In this document: positions 8,735-19,545 of the stretch, piece after piece | Position numbering within the stretch: position 1 is the stretch's first letter | How the letters are laid out: every line of letters begins with the position of its first letter | Assembly: GCA_965112635.1 (NCBI GenBank) | Contig: OZ218778.1 | Coordinates: forward strand, 704,001-768,000 | Reading direction: 5' to 3' | Length of the DNA stretch: 64,000 bases | DNA from: an uncultured bacterium | GTDB lineage: Bacteria > Oederibacteriota > Oederibacteriia > Oederibacteriales > Oederibacteriaceae | Made by a program: the position numbers and the translations under genes | The notes under the pieces: model-generated | Seen by the model: only the letters and a program-made list of their open reading frames with translations | What the model was told of the DNA's origin: nothing | Database searches by the model: none

Positions 8735-9457
8735 TCACTCCCCCTGTACGATTGTGCCGATTTTTTCGCCGAAAACGGCTCTTTTGATGTTGCCGGTCTT
8801 GCCCATGTTAAAAACGATGATGGGAAGGTTGTTGTCCATGCACAGCGACACGGCCGTGCTGTCCATCACTTTGAGCTTGTTCTTGATCACATCCAGGTAG
8901 GAAAGCTTGTCGAATTTCTTGGCCTTGGGGTTCTTTTTAGGGTCGCTGTCGTAGATGCCGTCCACTTGAGTGGCCTTGAGGATCACTTCGGCGCCGACCT
9001 CGATGGCCCGCAGGGCGGCGGTCGTGTCCGTGGTGAAGTAGGGGTTGCCCGTGCCTCCCGCGAAGATCACGACGCGGCCTTTTTCCAGATGCCGCATGGC
9101 GCGCCTCCGGATATAGGGCTCGGCCAGCTTCTGCATCTCGATGGCCGTCATGACCCTGGTAAATACGCCTTTTTTCTCCAGGGAATCTTGCAGGGCCAGG
9201 GCGTTGATGACCGTGGCCAGCATCCCCATGTAATCCGCGGTGACCCGGTCCAAGCCTTCGTCGCTGGCCATCCGGCCGCGGTAAATATTCCCTCCGCCGA
9301 TCACCACCGACACTTCGACCTTGAGATCGCGCAGTTCCTTGATCTGGACCGCGATCTTGGACACTATTTCCGGGGTGATGCCGGACATGCCCGCTCCGGT
9401 CATGGCTTCACCGCTCAGCTTAAGAAGGACCCGGCGGTACTTAGGCTTTGGCTCCAT
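8735..9457 (-). CDS. pyrH: UMP kinase
   Basis: [36 protein letters not shown]. Confidence 0.96.
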   Translation of the reverse strand: MEPKPKYRRVLLKLSGEAMTGAGMSGITPEIVSKIAVQIKELRDLKVEVSVVIGGGNIYRGRMASDEGLDRVTADYMGMLATVINALALQDSLEKKGVFTRVMTAIEMQKLAEPYIRRRAMRHLEKGRVVIFAGGTGNPYFTTDTTAALRAIEVGAEVILKATQVDGIYDSDPKKNPKAKKFDKLSYLDVIKNKLKVMDSTAVSLCMDNNLPIIVFNMGKTGNIKRAVFGEKIGTIVQGE

Positions 9458-10052
9458 ACACCTCTCCAACTTTGAATCTGACAAAGCCGCCGACGTTGAT
9501 GTTCTCGCCCAGCTTGGCGATCTTCTCGGTCAAAAGGTCCTGGATGCTCTTGTTCCCGTCTTTGATAAAAGGCTGGTTCAGGAGGCAGACCTCGGTGTAA
9601 TATTTCTCCAGTTTCCCTTCCACGATCTTGTCCAGAACCTTCTCCGGTTTGCCGGAGGAGACCATCTGGGCCTTGTAGATACCTTTTTCCTTTTCGATTA
9701 CGTCGCTGGGAACATCTTCCTTTTTCAGGTAGGGAGGGTTGGCCGCCGCGATCTGCATGCAGATGTCCTTGGCGAGTTCCTGGAAATCGTCCGTGCGGGC
9801 GACAAAGTCCGTTTCGCAGTTGAGCTGCAGCAGCACGCCGATCTTGCCTCCCTGGTGGATATAGGAGGAGATGATCCCCTGGCCGGTGACGCGGCCGGAC
9901 TTTTTCTGGGCCACCGCGATCCCCTTGGTCCGTAGCAGGTCGATCGCCTTGTCAAAGCTGCCCGTGGCCTCTTCCAGGGCGCGCTTGCACTCCATCATGC
10001 TTACGCCGGTCTTTTCCCTCAATTCTTTGACCATTTGGGAAGTGATATTCAT
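9441..10052 (-). CDS. tsf: elongation factor Ts (short form)
   Basis: [38 protein letters not shown]. Confidence 0.96.
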   Translation of the reverse strand: MNITSQMVKELREKTGVSMMECKRALEEATGSFDKAIDLLRTKGIAVAQKKSGRVTGQGIISSYIHQGGKIGVLLQLNCETDFVARTDDFQELAKDICMQIAAANPPYLKKEDVPSDVIEKEKGIYKAQMVSSGKPEKVLDKIVEGKLEKYYTEVCLLNQPFIKDGNKSIQDLLTEKIAKLGENINVGGFVRFKVGEVYGAKA

Positions 10053-10234
10053 GGATGATCTTTCCTTTCCTTCTAGATTCTCTGCACTACCCCGCCAGAA
10101 AGCCACGGCCGCCTGGTCCGTATAGGCTTACAAGCAAAAGCCCCGTACCTTAACCCTCGATGGATGTTTTACAAGATCCCGGTTTTGTTCAGGTGCGGGG
10201 CTTTTCCGATACCGCTTTGGTTCCGACTTTTTAT

Positions 10235-11062
10235 CTAACTTCCTGCCAGCAGTTTTTCCACCATCTCTCCGGACACTTCGGCCTTGACCGCGACCGGCTC
10301 CGCGGGAGCGGGGTTCTCCGATAGCACGATATTCTGCTCCAGCAGCTCCACAGGGACGGCGACGGGCTCCTGCACAACCGGCTTGGGCCTTCCTTCCAGC
10401 ACCGCTTCGGCTACCAGGTTCGCGATCAGCTTGACGGAACGGATCGCGTCGTCGTTGCCCGGGATGATGTAATCGATCTCATCGGGGTCGCAGTTGGTGT
10501 CCACGAGCGCGATGATGGGGATGTGCAGCTTGCGGGCCTCAAGCACGGCGTTGCGTTCCCTTTTGGGATCGATGATGAAGATCGCGCCGGGAACCTGGTT
10601 CATCTCTTTGATGCCGTTGAAGATCTTCTGGGCTTTGGCCAGCTCTTTTTCCAGCGACACCAGCTCCTGCTTGGGGACCTTGGCGAAAATGCCCTCTGCC
10701 TTCATTCTTTCCAGTTCTTTGAGCCGTTCGATGTTCTTCAGTATGGTCTTGAAGTTGGTCATCATGCCCCCCAGCCAGCGTTGGCTGACGAAGAACATAC
10801 CGCAGCGGATGGCTTCCTGCTCGATGGACTCCTGGGCCTGTTTTTTGGTGCCGACGAAGAGGATTGGCTGCCCGGATTGGGCGGTTTCTTTTACAAAATT
10901 GTAGGCTTCTTTAATCTTTTTAACGGTTTTCTGAAGATCAATGATGTAAATGCCGTTTCTTTCGCCAAAAATGTACTTTTGCATCTTGGGATTCCAGCGC
11001 CTGGTCTGATGACCGAAATGCACGCCGGCTTCCAGCAACTGCTTCATATTTGTACTGACCAT
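10235..11062 (-). CDS. rpsB: 30S ribosomal protein S2
   Basis: [43 protein letters not shown]. Confidence 0.98.
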   Translation of the reverse strand: MVSTNMKQLLEAGVHFGHQTRRWNPKMQKYIFGERNGIYIIDLQKTVKKIKEAYNFVKETAQSGQPILFVGTKKQAQESIEQEAIRCGMFFVSQRWLGGMMTNFKTILKNIERLKELERMKAEGIFAKVPKQELVSLEKELAKAQKIFNGIKEMNQVPGAIFIIDPKRERNAVLEARKLHIPIIALVDTNCDPDEIDYIIPGNDDAIRSVKLIANLVAEAVLEGRPKPVVQEPVAVPVELLEQNIVLSENPAPAEPVAVKAEVSGEMVEKLLAGS

Positions 11063-11118
11063 TCCTTGTTAAACTTCCTCCCGTCCTGTCTTGGATTCCC
11101 TAGCTAGTAGGGAAAAGC

Positions 11119-11147
11119 AGTATAGCACACTGACCCAGGAGCGTCTA
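11119..11147 (-). promoter_or_regulatory. putative sigma70 promoter of the rpsB operon (extended -10)
   Basis: TAGACG-N17-TATACT with TG at the extended -10 position. Confidence 0.55.
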
Positions 11148-11232
11148 CTAGGGGTAGGTTATTTTATGCCTGAAAAAACAGGCCTTTGGGGGCCTGGGCC
11201 GTCCCAAACCGCAGAGGAGGGGGTGAACCGGA

Positions 11233-12660
11233 TTAAACGGGTTCTAGACTGTTCCTTCTTGGTTTTTGTTTCTTTTTTCCCTGCCCGGGGTCTTCTTCCC
11301 CGAATTGTTTTACCCAGGTTTTCAGACCCTGGCCCTCGGTAACGGCCGGCAGGTCCAGGACAAAAGTATTTCCAGACCCTGGAACGCTGTCCAGCATGAT
11401 ATACCCGCGGTGGATCTCGATAATCTCCCGGCTGATGCCCAGGCCGAGGTTGTCTTTGTCTCCATCCTGACCCTCCAGGTCCGCCTCAAAGATCTTCTCC
11501 CTCATCTCTTCAGAAATGCCAGGCCCGTCGTCTTTGATGAGCACCCTGACCTTTTTCCTGTCGCGGGAATCGGTCAGCTCCAGGGAAGTGATGGTCAGTT
11601 CGCCCCGGCCGCGGTAGCCGGCCATGGACTGGGTGGCGAAAAGGATCAAGTAGACGAAGACCTGCTGAAGCTGGGCTTCGTCCCCCGTGACCAGCGGCAG
11701 ACTGCTTCCCAGGTTCAATTTCAGGGATATCTGGTTGACCTTCAGGGTGTAGGAGGCGATGTCGACCGCGTGGACCAGGAGCGCGTTGATCTCCAGCGGG
11801 AAGTAAACGCTTTTTTCGCCCTCGGCCAGGTGCAGCGTGCGGTTGATGAGGCCAAGCGAATGCCGGTTCTCCCTGATGATCTTGTCCGTTGAGTTACGGA
11901 TGTCCTGGTTCTTCGGGCTCAGGCCCTTGATGAATTCCGCCTCCTCGTTGATCACAGCCAGGGTATTTTGCATGCTCTGGGCCATGCCGGCCAGCATCCC
12001 TCCCAGCGTCGCGAGCTTGCGCTCATGGCTCAACTGGTTCCGGGTCACATGGAGGTCGTAGGTCAGGACTTGGTTCTGTCTTTCTTCTTCCTGGGTTTTG
12101 GCCTGGGATCGCCGGGCTTCTTCGGACAAATAGCTGTAGAACAAAGTGATACCGAAGATAAAAGGGATACGGATCAGGAAAGCGGTCTCCAAAAGCCGGG
12201 GATCGAACTCGTCGCTCGAATGCATGAGCAGGAAAAAATAGAGGAAAGTCCCCACTCCGGCCACGATGATGGTCTCCCTGACGCGCAGACCCAGCCCCGC
12301 CATGAAAACCACGAGGAAATAGACAAGGTAAAGGTCCGTGTCCAGGCTGGCCGACCAATAGATGAAAAAGGAGATAAAGACCGTGTCCACGCAGAAGATC
12401 GCCATTTTGAACCAATTCTTGAGGAAATACATCTCGGGGAGAGTGGTCAGGGCGACGTTGGAAGCTCCAAAGAACAACAGGACCGTGATCAGAAGTTTGG
12501 CGTTCTCGACGCTGCGTTCGTGGTTGATGTAGATCATGTAGCAGGTCAAGATGACCAGGAGGAGCCAGCGCAACAACAGCAGATTGCCCTTGAACCCAGA
12601 AAAGAATTTCTTTCCTTTATAAGCGAACCATTGATTGATCAATTCCTGCGGTGTTTTCAA
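11233..12660 (-). CDS. membrane sensor histidine kinase-like protein with degenerate H- and N-boxes
   Basis: Multi-TM N-terminus; LAGMAQSMQNTL in place of AHEINNPL; QVFVYLILFA in place of QVFxNLxxNA; DDGPGI and NLGLGI retained. Confidence 0.8.
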   Translation of the reverse strand: MKTPQELINQWFAYKGKKFFSGFKGNLLLLRWLLLVILTCYMIYINHERSVENAKLLITVLLFFGASNVALTTLPEMYFLKNWFKMAIFCVDTVFISFFIYWSASLDTDLYLVYFLVVFMAGLGLRVRETIIVAGVGTFLYFFLLMHSSDEFDPRLLETAFLIRIPFIFGITLFYSYLSEEARRSQAKTQEEERQNQVLTYDLHVTRNQLSHERKLATLGGMLAGMAQSMQNTLAVINEEAEFIKGLSPKNQDIRNSTDKIIRENRHSLGLINRTLHLAEGEKSVYFPLEINALLVHAVDIASYTLKVNQISLKLNLGSSLPLVTGDEAQLQQVFVYLILFATQSMAGYRGRGELTITSLELTDSRDRKKVRVLIKDDGPGISEEMREKIFEADLEGQDGDKDNLGLGISREIIEIHRGYIMLDSVPGSGNTFVLDLPAVTEGQGLKTWVKQFGEEDPGQGKKKQKPRRNSLEPV

Positions 12661-12692
12661 GATTTTCCGCCTTTGCGAACGGTTTGGCCAGG

Positions 12693-13814
12693 TCAGAACT
12701 CGGGATTTTGGGTAGGCGTGACCTTTTCCAGTTTTTTGACGTCATCAGGCTTGTAATAATGCAGCTGCCAAACATATCCCTTGCCCATTTGGCTCGTGGT
12801 CAGGCTGATCTTTCCAAAGACTTTATCTACGACCTTGTCCTTGCCGTTGACCTTTTCGATCTCGCTGTTTTTGAGGGTCCACTCCTCGATGGGGTACTCT
12901 TCTTTTTCCTTTTTAAAGGATTTGACATCGATCTTGTCCGGGCTTTGGGATATTTTGACGGGCTTCCCCCACTTGTTCTTTAGACCGTAGACCACGAAAT
13001 TCCCCCAATCTTTATACTCCTTGTCCATTTGGCCCAGGGCGAAACAGGGGCTCAGGATCGTGAACCGGACGACCTGGTTGTCGTAATATTCCAGTTTGAC
13101 CTGCTGGAGGCTCAGGGGCTTCTCGTCTTCGCCTGTCCCTTCCGTGCCTATGCGGTTAAGGAAAGAGCCCTCGATGGTGCAGTCCCCCCTGAGGACCTCT
13201 GAGGGATTGTCTTTGCCTTGATCGTAGGTCCAGGCCGTGTTCTCCACCAGATTTTGTATCTCCTCCCTGCGCATGCCTATGTAGATCCCTTTGAAACCCG
13301 CACTAGAATAAAGGGTCGCTTCCTCAGGCTGTATCTTTTTAAGGGCGTACAAGGATTCCCAGTAGATCTTATAGCCGCCGGAGTTGTCTTCATAACGGGA
13401 GGGCTCGTATTCTTCCAGCAGGTTACGCATGACCACGACGGGCTCATCCTCTTCTTCCGAAGCGCGGGCTTTTTCCACGATAGGTCCCAACCGTCCCAAG
13501 GCATAGATGATCAGGTCGAGGCGGTCCTGCAAAAGCTCCGCTCCTTCGGTGTATCTGGCGTATTCATTCAAAAGGTGGTCCAGCAAAGGCCCTGCGCCTT
13601 TGGCCCTGGGCCCGATATTGGTGATCAGGCGTAAAGCCATGGCCGCGACAGCCGGGTCCTTGTCGTCGATCAGCTTGACGATGTCGGAGATGTTCTCGTT
13701 GGTCGCCTCAGCGTAGAGCTCCTTGGCCAACGCTTTAAGCGGAGCTAGCAAAAACAGGCCGCAGAGCCCGGTCATCATCATGACTCGGCTGATCTTTAGG
13801 ACGATGGGTCTCAC
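12693..13814 (-). CDS. secreted hypothetical protein with N-terminal HEAT-like repeats
   Basis: Signal-peptide-like start; DKDPAVAAMALRLITNIGPRAKGA resembles a HEAT/PBS repeat. Confidence 0.6.
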   Translation of the reverse strand: MRPIVLKISRVMMMTGLCGLFLLAPLKALAKELYAEATNENISDIVKLIDDKDPAVAAMALRLITNIGPRAKGAGPLLDHLLNEYARYTEGAELLQDRLDLIIYALGRLGPIVEKARASEEEDEPVVVMRNLLEEYEPSRYEDNSGGYKIYWESLYALKKIQPEEATLYSSAGFKGIYIGMRREEIQNLVENTAWTYDQGKDNPSEVLRGDCTIEGSFLNRIGTEGTGEDEKPLSLQQVKLEYYDNQVVRFTILSPCFALGQMDKEYKDWGNFVVYGLKNKWGKPVKISQSPDKIDVKSFKKEKEEYPIEEWTLKNSEIEKVNGKDKVVDKVFGKISLTTSQMGKGYVWQLHYYKPDDVKKLEKVTPTQNPEF

Positions 13815-13859
13815 AAAACCTCCAAGTTTTTTAATCTTAACACCGACCCCTTGTTTTTG

Positions 13860-15119
13860 CTATGCCGTGCCGCCGGGAAGTTGCGGCGGGGTTTTTGTTT
13901 CCTCGATTTCTTCGATGGTGCCCCCGGTAAGCTTGGTAATGGAGCTGGTATACCGGCTTAAATGCGTCCCGGCTTTACGGAAGGAATCCTGGGCCTTCTC
14001 CAGACTGTCGCCGATCTGTTCGAATCGGTCCATAAAATTGCTCAGGTGCTTCTTGGTGATCTGGATCTCCTCGATGGTTTTATCGACATTTTTCGCCATC
14101 TCATAATAATCATAGGCAATGGATATCCCCTTGAGGGTAATAGCCAAAGTATTTGGGGAAACCGGGAAAACTTTTTTCTTGCTGTAGAGGTCTTCGCAGA
14201 TCTTAGGGTCCCGGATCACCTCAAAATAAAGGCTTTCACTGGGGATGAACATGAGCGCCATGCTGATGCCGGCTTCAGGAACGATGTATTTGGCGATACG
14301 GGTAGCTTCGGCCTTGATGACCTCGCCCAATTTTTTCCTGGCTTCGTTGAGCTTGACCGGGTCGCTGTCTATTTCAAAAAGCGGCGCCACCTGTTCCCTG
14401 GGAAATTTACTGTCGATGGGTATCTTGGCCTTGGCAAAGGTAATCAAAAATTCCACCTGCCCTGCCCCGGCGATATTGGCCCCCCGTTGGATCAAATGAT
14501 TGGGAAGGAGGTCGGTCAAAAGCTGGTCCAGCTGGGACTCCCCAAATTTTCCCCTCAGATGCGGGAGTTTCAAAAGGTTGTTCAATTCATTGATGGAATT
14601 GCCCACGGTCCCCACGCTTTTGAGCTGTTCCTCCGCGGCCTTGAGCGAATCCTGCACATCCTTGAAATGTTTGAAACCCTCGCGGATATTTTCATCCAGC
14701 TTGGACTGCACCTTGTCGCCGATGCTGGCCAGCTGCTGTTCCACCTTGCCCCGGATGGCTTCCAGTTGCTGCTGGTTAGCCGCTTGAAGGGACTCGAATT
14801 TTTTTTCCAGCTTGTCCGTGACCTCCAGCAGGGATTTGGTTTGTTCCTGCCTGCCGCCGGTCAGCTGCTGTTCCACGCGTTCCTGTATTTTCTGGAATCC
14901 GCCGGTCAGCTCTTTGTTCAAGTCCAGCTTGGTTTCTCCCGAGGATTTAGCGATCCGCTCGGCTAGGTCGGTCGAACTTTTCTGCAGACCGGTTTTAATC
15001 TCCTCCAGATCGTTCTGGACCTTGGGGTCCGCGTTGGGGTTCACTTTTTTATTGGCCAAACCAAAATAGACCACGGCCGCAAGCACGGCCAGTAATAGGA
15101 TGGTGGCTATCACACTCAT
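13860..15119 (-). CDS. rmuC: DNA recombination protein RmuC
   Basis: N-terminal TM helix, coiled coil, RGKFGESQL, PIDSKFP, MFIPSESLY, VSPNTL. Confidence 0.9.
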   Translation of the reverse strand: MSVIATILLLAVLAAVVYFGLANKKVNPNADPKVQNDLEEIKTGLQKSSTDLAERIAKSSGETKLDLNKELTGGFQKIQERVEQQLTGGRQEQTKSLLEVTDKLEKKFESLQAANQQQLEAIRGKVEQQLASIGDKVQSKLDENIREGFKHFKDVQDSLKAAEEQLKSVGTVGNSINELNNLLKLPHLRGKFGESQLDQLLTDLLPNHLIQRGANIAGAGQVEFLITFAKAKIPIDSKFPREQVAPLFEIDSDPVKLNEARKKLGEVIKAEATRIAKYIVPEAGISMALMFIPSESLYFEVIRDPKICEDLYSKKKVFPVSPNTLAITLKGISIAYDYYEMAKNVDKTIEEIQITKKHLSNFMDRFEQIGDSLEKAQDSFRKAGTHLSRYTSSITKLTGGTIEEIEETKTPPQLPGGTA

Positions 15120-16822
15120 CCCTGAGCCTTCTTTCCCAGTTTTTCCATCATCGTCTTGACGCAATCATCGACTTTGACCTTGAGGGGGTCTTTTTCCGAA
15201 CGTTTTTTGATCTCCACCATCCCCTCCAGCAGGGACTTGCCCACGGTGATGCGCCAGGGGATGCCGATCAAGTCCGCGTCCTTGAACTTGACCCCGGCCC
15301 GCTCGTCGCGATCGTCTAAAAGCACGTCACAGCCCTTGGCCAGCAAATCCTGATAGATCTTCTCGGCAGCGGACTTTTGTCCCTCATCCGAGACATTGGC
15401 CAGCACCATGACCACCTCAAAAGGGGCCAGCGCCTGAGGCCAGATGATGCCGTGCTCGTCATGGCTCTGCTCGATGGCCGCCGCCATGATCCGGCTGACC
15501 CCGATGCCGTAACAGCCCATGACAAAAGGCTTCTCCTTGCCGTCCTGGTCCAAAAAATTGGCTTTCATGGATTTGCTGTATTTGGTGCCCAGCTTAAAGC
15601 AGTGGCCGACCTCGATGCCCCGCTTGGTTTCCAAAATTTTTCCGCAGCGGGGGCACAGGTCTGCGGCCTTGACCTTGCGCAGGTCCGCGTACCCCGCGAC
15701 CTGGAAATCCCTGCCCGGGTTCACATTAATATAATGGTAGTCCTTTTCATTCCCCCCGCAGACCAGGTTGGTCAGCCCCTCCACGGAAAGGTCGGCCAGA
15801 AGCTCGACTTTTAGGTTCAGGGGTCCGGCAAACCCGACCGGCGCGCCAGTGTGTTTATAAATGGTTTCCGGACTGGCCAGGGTCACTTCGCTCACGCCCA
15901 GCTTGTTCTTGAGCTTGACCTCGTTAATCTCCTGGTCTCCGCGCATCAGGACCGCCGCAACTTTGTCCCCGGCCTGGTACAGGATGGTCTTGGCCATCTC
16001 GTGCGGTTTTTTCTTGAGGAAATTTTCCAGCTCTTCCACGGTGCGGATGTTGGGGGTGTGGACCTTTTGCAAGGGCTGGGGAGCTCCCGCGGCCGGTTTC
16101 ACCAACTTGCCCTCGGCCTTTTCCATGTTGGCGGCGTAACTGCACCCCGTGCAGCTGACGATCTCCTCCTCGCCCGTTTCGGCCATGACCATAAACTCGT
16201 GGGAGAACGACCCGCCGATCAGTCCGCTGTCCGCCTCCACGGTCTTGAAATTGAACCCGCACCGGTCAAAGATCCTGGCGTAGGCGTCGAGCATGACCTT
16301 GTAGCTGGCCTCAGCGCCGGCCTCGTCCCGGTCAAAACTGTAGGCGTCCTTCATCATGAACTCTTTGGCCCGCATGACCCCGAAACGCGGCCTGACCTCA
16401 TCCCTGAACTTGAGCTGGATCTGATAAAGGTTGACGGGAAGTTCTTTGTAGGAGCGCACGGTCCGGCGCACCATGTCCGTGATGACTTCCTCGTGGGTCG
16501 GCCCCAGGCAGTAGTCGTGCTCATGCCTGTCTTTAAGGCGCATCATCTCTTTGCCGTAAAGGCTCCAGCGCCCCGACTCCTGCCACAATTCCGCCGGAGA
16601 AAGGATGGGCATCAGCACTTCCTGGGCTCCGGCCGCGTTCATCTCCTCGCGGATGATCCGGATGACTCGTTCCAGCACCCGTGAGGCCAGCGGCAGGAAC
16701 TCATAGATACCCGAAGCGACCTTGAGCATATACCCCGCCCGGAGCATCAGCTGGTGGCTCAGGGTCTCGGCCTCAGCCGGCACCTCTTTGGTGGTAGGTA
16801 TAAGCATTTTGGAAATCCGCAT
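15116..16822 (-). CDS. proS: proline--tRNA ligase
   Basis: LGPTHEE, KFRDEVRPRFGVMR, GIEVGH, MGCYGIGVSR. Confidence 0.97.
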   Translation of the reverse strand: MRISKMLIPTTKEVPAEAETLSHQLMLRAGYMLKVASGIYEFLPLASRVLERVIRIIREEMNAAGAQEVLMPILSPAELWQESGRWSLYGKEMMRLKDRHEHDYCLGPTHEEVITDMVRRTVRSYKELPVNLYQIQLKFRDEVRPRFGVMRAKEFMMKDAYSFDRDEAGAEASYKVMLDAYARIFDRCGFNFKTVEADSGLIGGSFSHEFMVMAETGEEEIVSCTGCSYAANMEKAEGKLVKPAAGAPQPLQKVHTPNIRTVEELENFLKKKPHEMAKTILYQAGDKVAAVLMRGDQEINEVKLKNKLGVSEVTLASPETIYKHTGAPVGFAGPLNLKVELLADLSVEGLTNLVCGGNEKDYHYINVNPGRDFQVAGYADLRKVKAADLCPRCGKILETKRGIEVGHCFKLGTKYSKSMKANFLDQDGKEKPFVMGCYGIGVSRIMAAAIEQSHDEHGIIWPQALAPFEVVMVLANVSDEGQKSAAEKIYQDLLAKGCDVLLDDRDERAGVKFKDADLIGIPWRITVGKSLLEGMVEIKKRSEKDPLKVKVDDCVKTMMEKLGKKAQG

Positions 16823-16841
16823 CAAACCTCCTAAACTGTTC

Positions 16842-18263
16842 TTAAAAGTTCTTGATCACGATCGTCCCGTTCGGCGAATCTTCCACTTTGTAGCCCTTGC
16901 TCTGGATCTGGTTCCTCAACCGGTCGGCCTGCGGCCAGTCCCGGTTGGCTCGCGCCTCATCCCTGCGCCTGGCCATATCCTTGACCTCATCCTCCAGGCT
17001 TCCCTGAGCTTGGACCACACCCAAAATCGTGCCCAGGTCCACCAGCACCTTTTCCGCGTCCCGCATCACTTTTTGGGACGCCTCGGTGCGCTGGAAACCT
17101 TTGCGGGCCAGGGTGCTTTTGATCTCGCTCAAGAGCTCGAAGACCACGGCGAACGCCCGCGGCGTGTTGAGGTCGTCGTCCATGGCCGTCTGGAAATCCT
17201 TTTTGGATTTGAAATTCTTTTCCCGCAGGTTGTTGAGCTCCGTGATATTGCCCCGGCTGGAGGGTTTGGACCTCAAGTGGTCTCGCATGCGCGCCAGCGT
17301 GTTGCTGAACTCCTCGATACCGGCCCTGGCCTGGGCCAGGCTTTCCTCGGTATACTCCAGGGGCCCCCGGTAATGCCCGGATAAAAGGAAATACCGCAAG
17401 GTCGCCGGCCGGTGGGTCTTTAAAAGCTCCCGGACCGTCAGGAAATTGCCCATGGATTTGCCCATCCGTTCGCCTTTGACCTGCAAAAGGCCGTTATGCA
17501 GCCAATAACGGGCAAAAGGTTTGCCTGTGGCCCCTTCGCTCTGGGCGATCTCGTTCTCATGGTGCGGGAAGATCAAGTCGTTCCCTCCGGCGTGGATGTC
17601 AAAGGTCTCGCCCAGGTAACAGGTGGACATGGCCGAACATTCGATATGCCAGCCCGGCCGGCCCTTGCCCCAGGGGCTGTCCCAGCTGGGCTCGCCCTCT
17701 TTGGCCTGTTTCCACAGGGTGAAATCCAGGGGGTTTTTCTTTTGCTCGTTAACCTCGATGCGTGCCCCGCTCTGCAATTCGGCCACCTGCTGTTTGGAAA
17801 GCTTGCCGTACTCCTTGAACTGTCCGACCTCAAAATAAACGTCCCCTCCCGCCACGTAGGCCTTGCCGTTCTTGATGAGCCGCTCCACCAGCTGGATGAT
17901 CTGGCCGATGTGGTCCGTGGCGCGGGGATAAAAGTTGGCTCGCATCAGGCCCAAAGCGTCGGCGTCCAAAAAATACGCCTCCGCGTATTTCTTGGCCACC
18001 TCGGAGGCTGGGATATTCTCGGCCTTGGCCTGCTCTATGATTTTATCGTCCACATCGGTCAGATTTTGGACAAAGGTCACCTGCCAGCCGGCCATGTCCA
18101 GGTAGCGCCGCAGGCAGTCAAAGACCACGAAGTTCCTCGCGTTGCCCAGGTGGAAATAGTTGTAGACCGTGGGGCCGCAGTTGTAGATCCTGACCTTGCC
18201 TTTTTCCAGGGGGACGAAATCCTGTTTTTCTCCGGTGAGGGTGTTTAAAAATTGTAGGCTCAA
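16842..18263 (-). CDS. cysS: cysteine--tRNA ligase
   Basis: [36 protein letters not shown] (KMSKS variant). Confidence 0.97.
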   Translation of the reverse strand: MSLQFLNTLTGEKQDFVPLEKGKVRIYNCGPTVYNYFHLGNARNFVVFDCLRRYLDMAGWQVTFVQNLTDVDDKIIEQAKAENIPASEVAKKYAEAYFLDADALGLMRANFYPRATDHIGQIIQLVERLIKNGKAYVAGGDVYFEVGQFKEYGKLSKQQVAELQSGARIEVNEQKKNPLDFTLWKQAKEGEPSWDSPWGKGRPGWHIECSAMSTCYLGETFDIHAGGNDLIFPHHENEIAQSEGATGKPFARYWLHNGLLQVKGERMGKSMGNFLTVRELLKTHRPATLRYFLLSGHYRGPLEYTEESLAQARAGIEEFSNTLARMRDHLRSKPSSRGNITELNNLREKNFKSKKDFQTAMDDDLNTPRAFAVVFELLSEIKSTLARKGFQRTEASQKVMRDAEKVLVDLGTILGVVQAQGSLEDEVKDMARRRDEARANRDWPQADRLRNQIQSKGYKVEDSPNGTIVIKNF

Positions 18264-18925
18264 GGGTTCTTTTTTCCTTTAGGATGGCTGTCCGTGCGGC
18301 CCAAACTTCTTTTTTGCCGGCGCAATACCTTTTCCAGCTGGTGGATCTCCATCTGCAGCCTGGCCACCCGCGAAAACAGCGGGTCGGGTAGCTGCGCGTG
18401 GTCCAAAGTCTGTTCGGGGTCTTCGCCGGGCCTGGTCTTCACGATACGGCCCGGGATCCCCACGATCGTTGAGTAAGCCGGGGCGGAACTGAGGACCACC
18501 GCGTTGGCCCCGATGTAACTGTGGTTGCCGATGGTGATGTTGCCCAGCACCTTGGCGCCCACGCCGACCATCACATGGTTGCCCAGCGTGGGATGCCGTT
18601 TGCCGTGTTCTTTGCCGGTGCCGCCCAGGGTCACGCCCTGGAACAGAGTGCAATCATCCCCGACCACGGCTGTTTCGCCGATGACCACTCCCATGCCGTG
18701 GTCGATAAAGAACCTTTTGCCGATCTGAGCGCCCGGGTGTATCTCAATGCCGGTAAAAAGCCGGGCGATTTGGGAAAACAAACGCGGGAAAAAGGGGATG
18801 TGTAGTTTATACAAAAAATGGTCGATGCGATGGGCCAACAAGGCGTAGAGATGGGGGTAGAGAACCAGCTCCCACGGCTTGGCCGCCGGGTCTCTTTCTA
18901 ATACCGCTTTGATGGCGTCAAACAT
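18260..18925 (-). CDS. cysE: serine O-acetyltransferase
   Basis: RDPAA, TGIEIHPGA, FIDHGMGVVIGET, LGGTGKEHGKRHP. Confidence 0.95.
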   Translation of the reverse strand: MFDAIKAVLERDPAAKPWELVLYPHLYALLAHRIDHFLYKLHIPFFPRLFSQIARLFTGIEIHPGAQIGKRFFIDHGMGVVIGETAVVGDDCTLFQGVTLGGTGKEHGKRHPTLGNHVMVGVGAKVLGNITIGNHSYIGANAVVLSSAPAYSTIVGIPGRIVKTRPGEDPEQTLDHAQLPDPLFSRVARLQMEIHQLEKVLRRQKRSLGRTDSHPKGKKNP

Positions 18926-18981
18926 ATCTTCCTCCGTCCGGTTTTAATAGTCTGCTTCAATGGACTCTTTACAGTCCCCGC

Positions 18982-19011
18982 ACAGGCTCATGCCTGCGCA
19001 CCTTGAGGGCG
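18982..19011 (+). repeat. copy of the 30-nt double-hairpin element, inside an AGTCCCC/GGGGACT hairpin
   Basis: ACAGGCTCATGCCTGCGCACCTTGAGGGCG; shares TCAT loop and CACCTTGAGGGCG with 7995-8024. Confidence 0.6.
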
Positions 19012-19077
19012 TGGGGACTTTTTCAGCGGTCTAGTAAGCAAATATACTTGATATTCCGCACCTTTTAAATAGGCCGT

Positions 19078-19542
19078 TTACTTCCTCTTTATTTGGACCA
19101 TGACCATGGCCGCCATGGCTTTTTTATGGCCTATTTCGCCTAAACCCTTGGCTGTCGTGGACTTTATATTAATAGAAGACGCGTTCACCCCCAGGATTTT
19201 CGCCAGGTTGGCCTTCATTGGGGGGATAAAAGGCGACAGCCTGGGCTCCTCGGCAACCAGGGTCGCGTCCACATTGACCAGCTTGCACCCCTTTAAATGA
19301 GACAGTATTTTCTTTAATAGCTCAGTACTTTTGGCGTTTTTATATTTCGGATCGCTCGACCCGAAGACCTTGCCGATATCCCCTTTACCGACTGCTCCCA
19401 GCAGGGCGTCGATCAGGGCATGGGTCAAAATATCCGCGTCTGAATGTCCGTCCAGGCCCAGCGGATAAGGGATGGTCACCCCTCCCAGGACCAGCTTCCT
19501 GCCTTTTTTCAATTTGTGCATGTCAAAACCAAGTCCGACCAT
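19078..19542 (-). CDS. ispF: 2-C-methyl-D-erythritol 2,4-cyclodiphosphate synthase
   Basis: GLGFDMH, GHSDADILTHALIDALLGA, GDIG. Confidence 0.93.
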   Translation of the reverse strand: MVGLGFDMHKLKKGRKLVLGGVTIPYPLGLDGHSDADILTHALIDALLGAVGKGDIGKVFGSSDPKYKNAKSTELLKKILSHLKGCKLVNVDATLVAEEPRLSPFIPPMKANLAKILGVNASSINIKSTTAKGLGEIGHKKAMAAMVMVQIKRK

Positions 19543-19545
19543 GCT

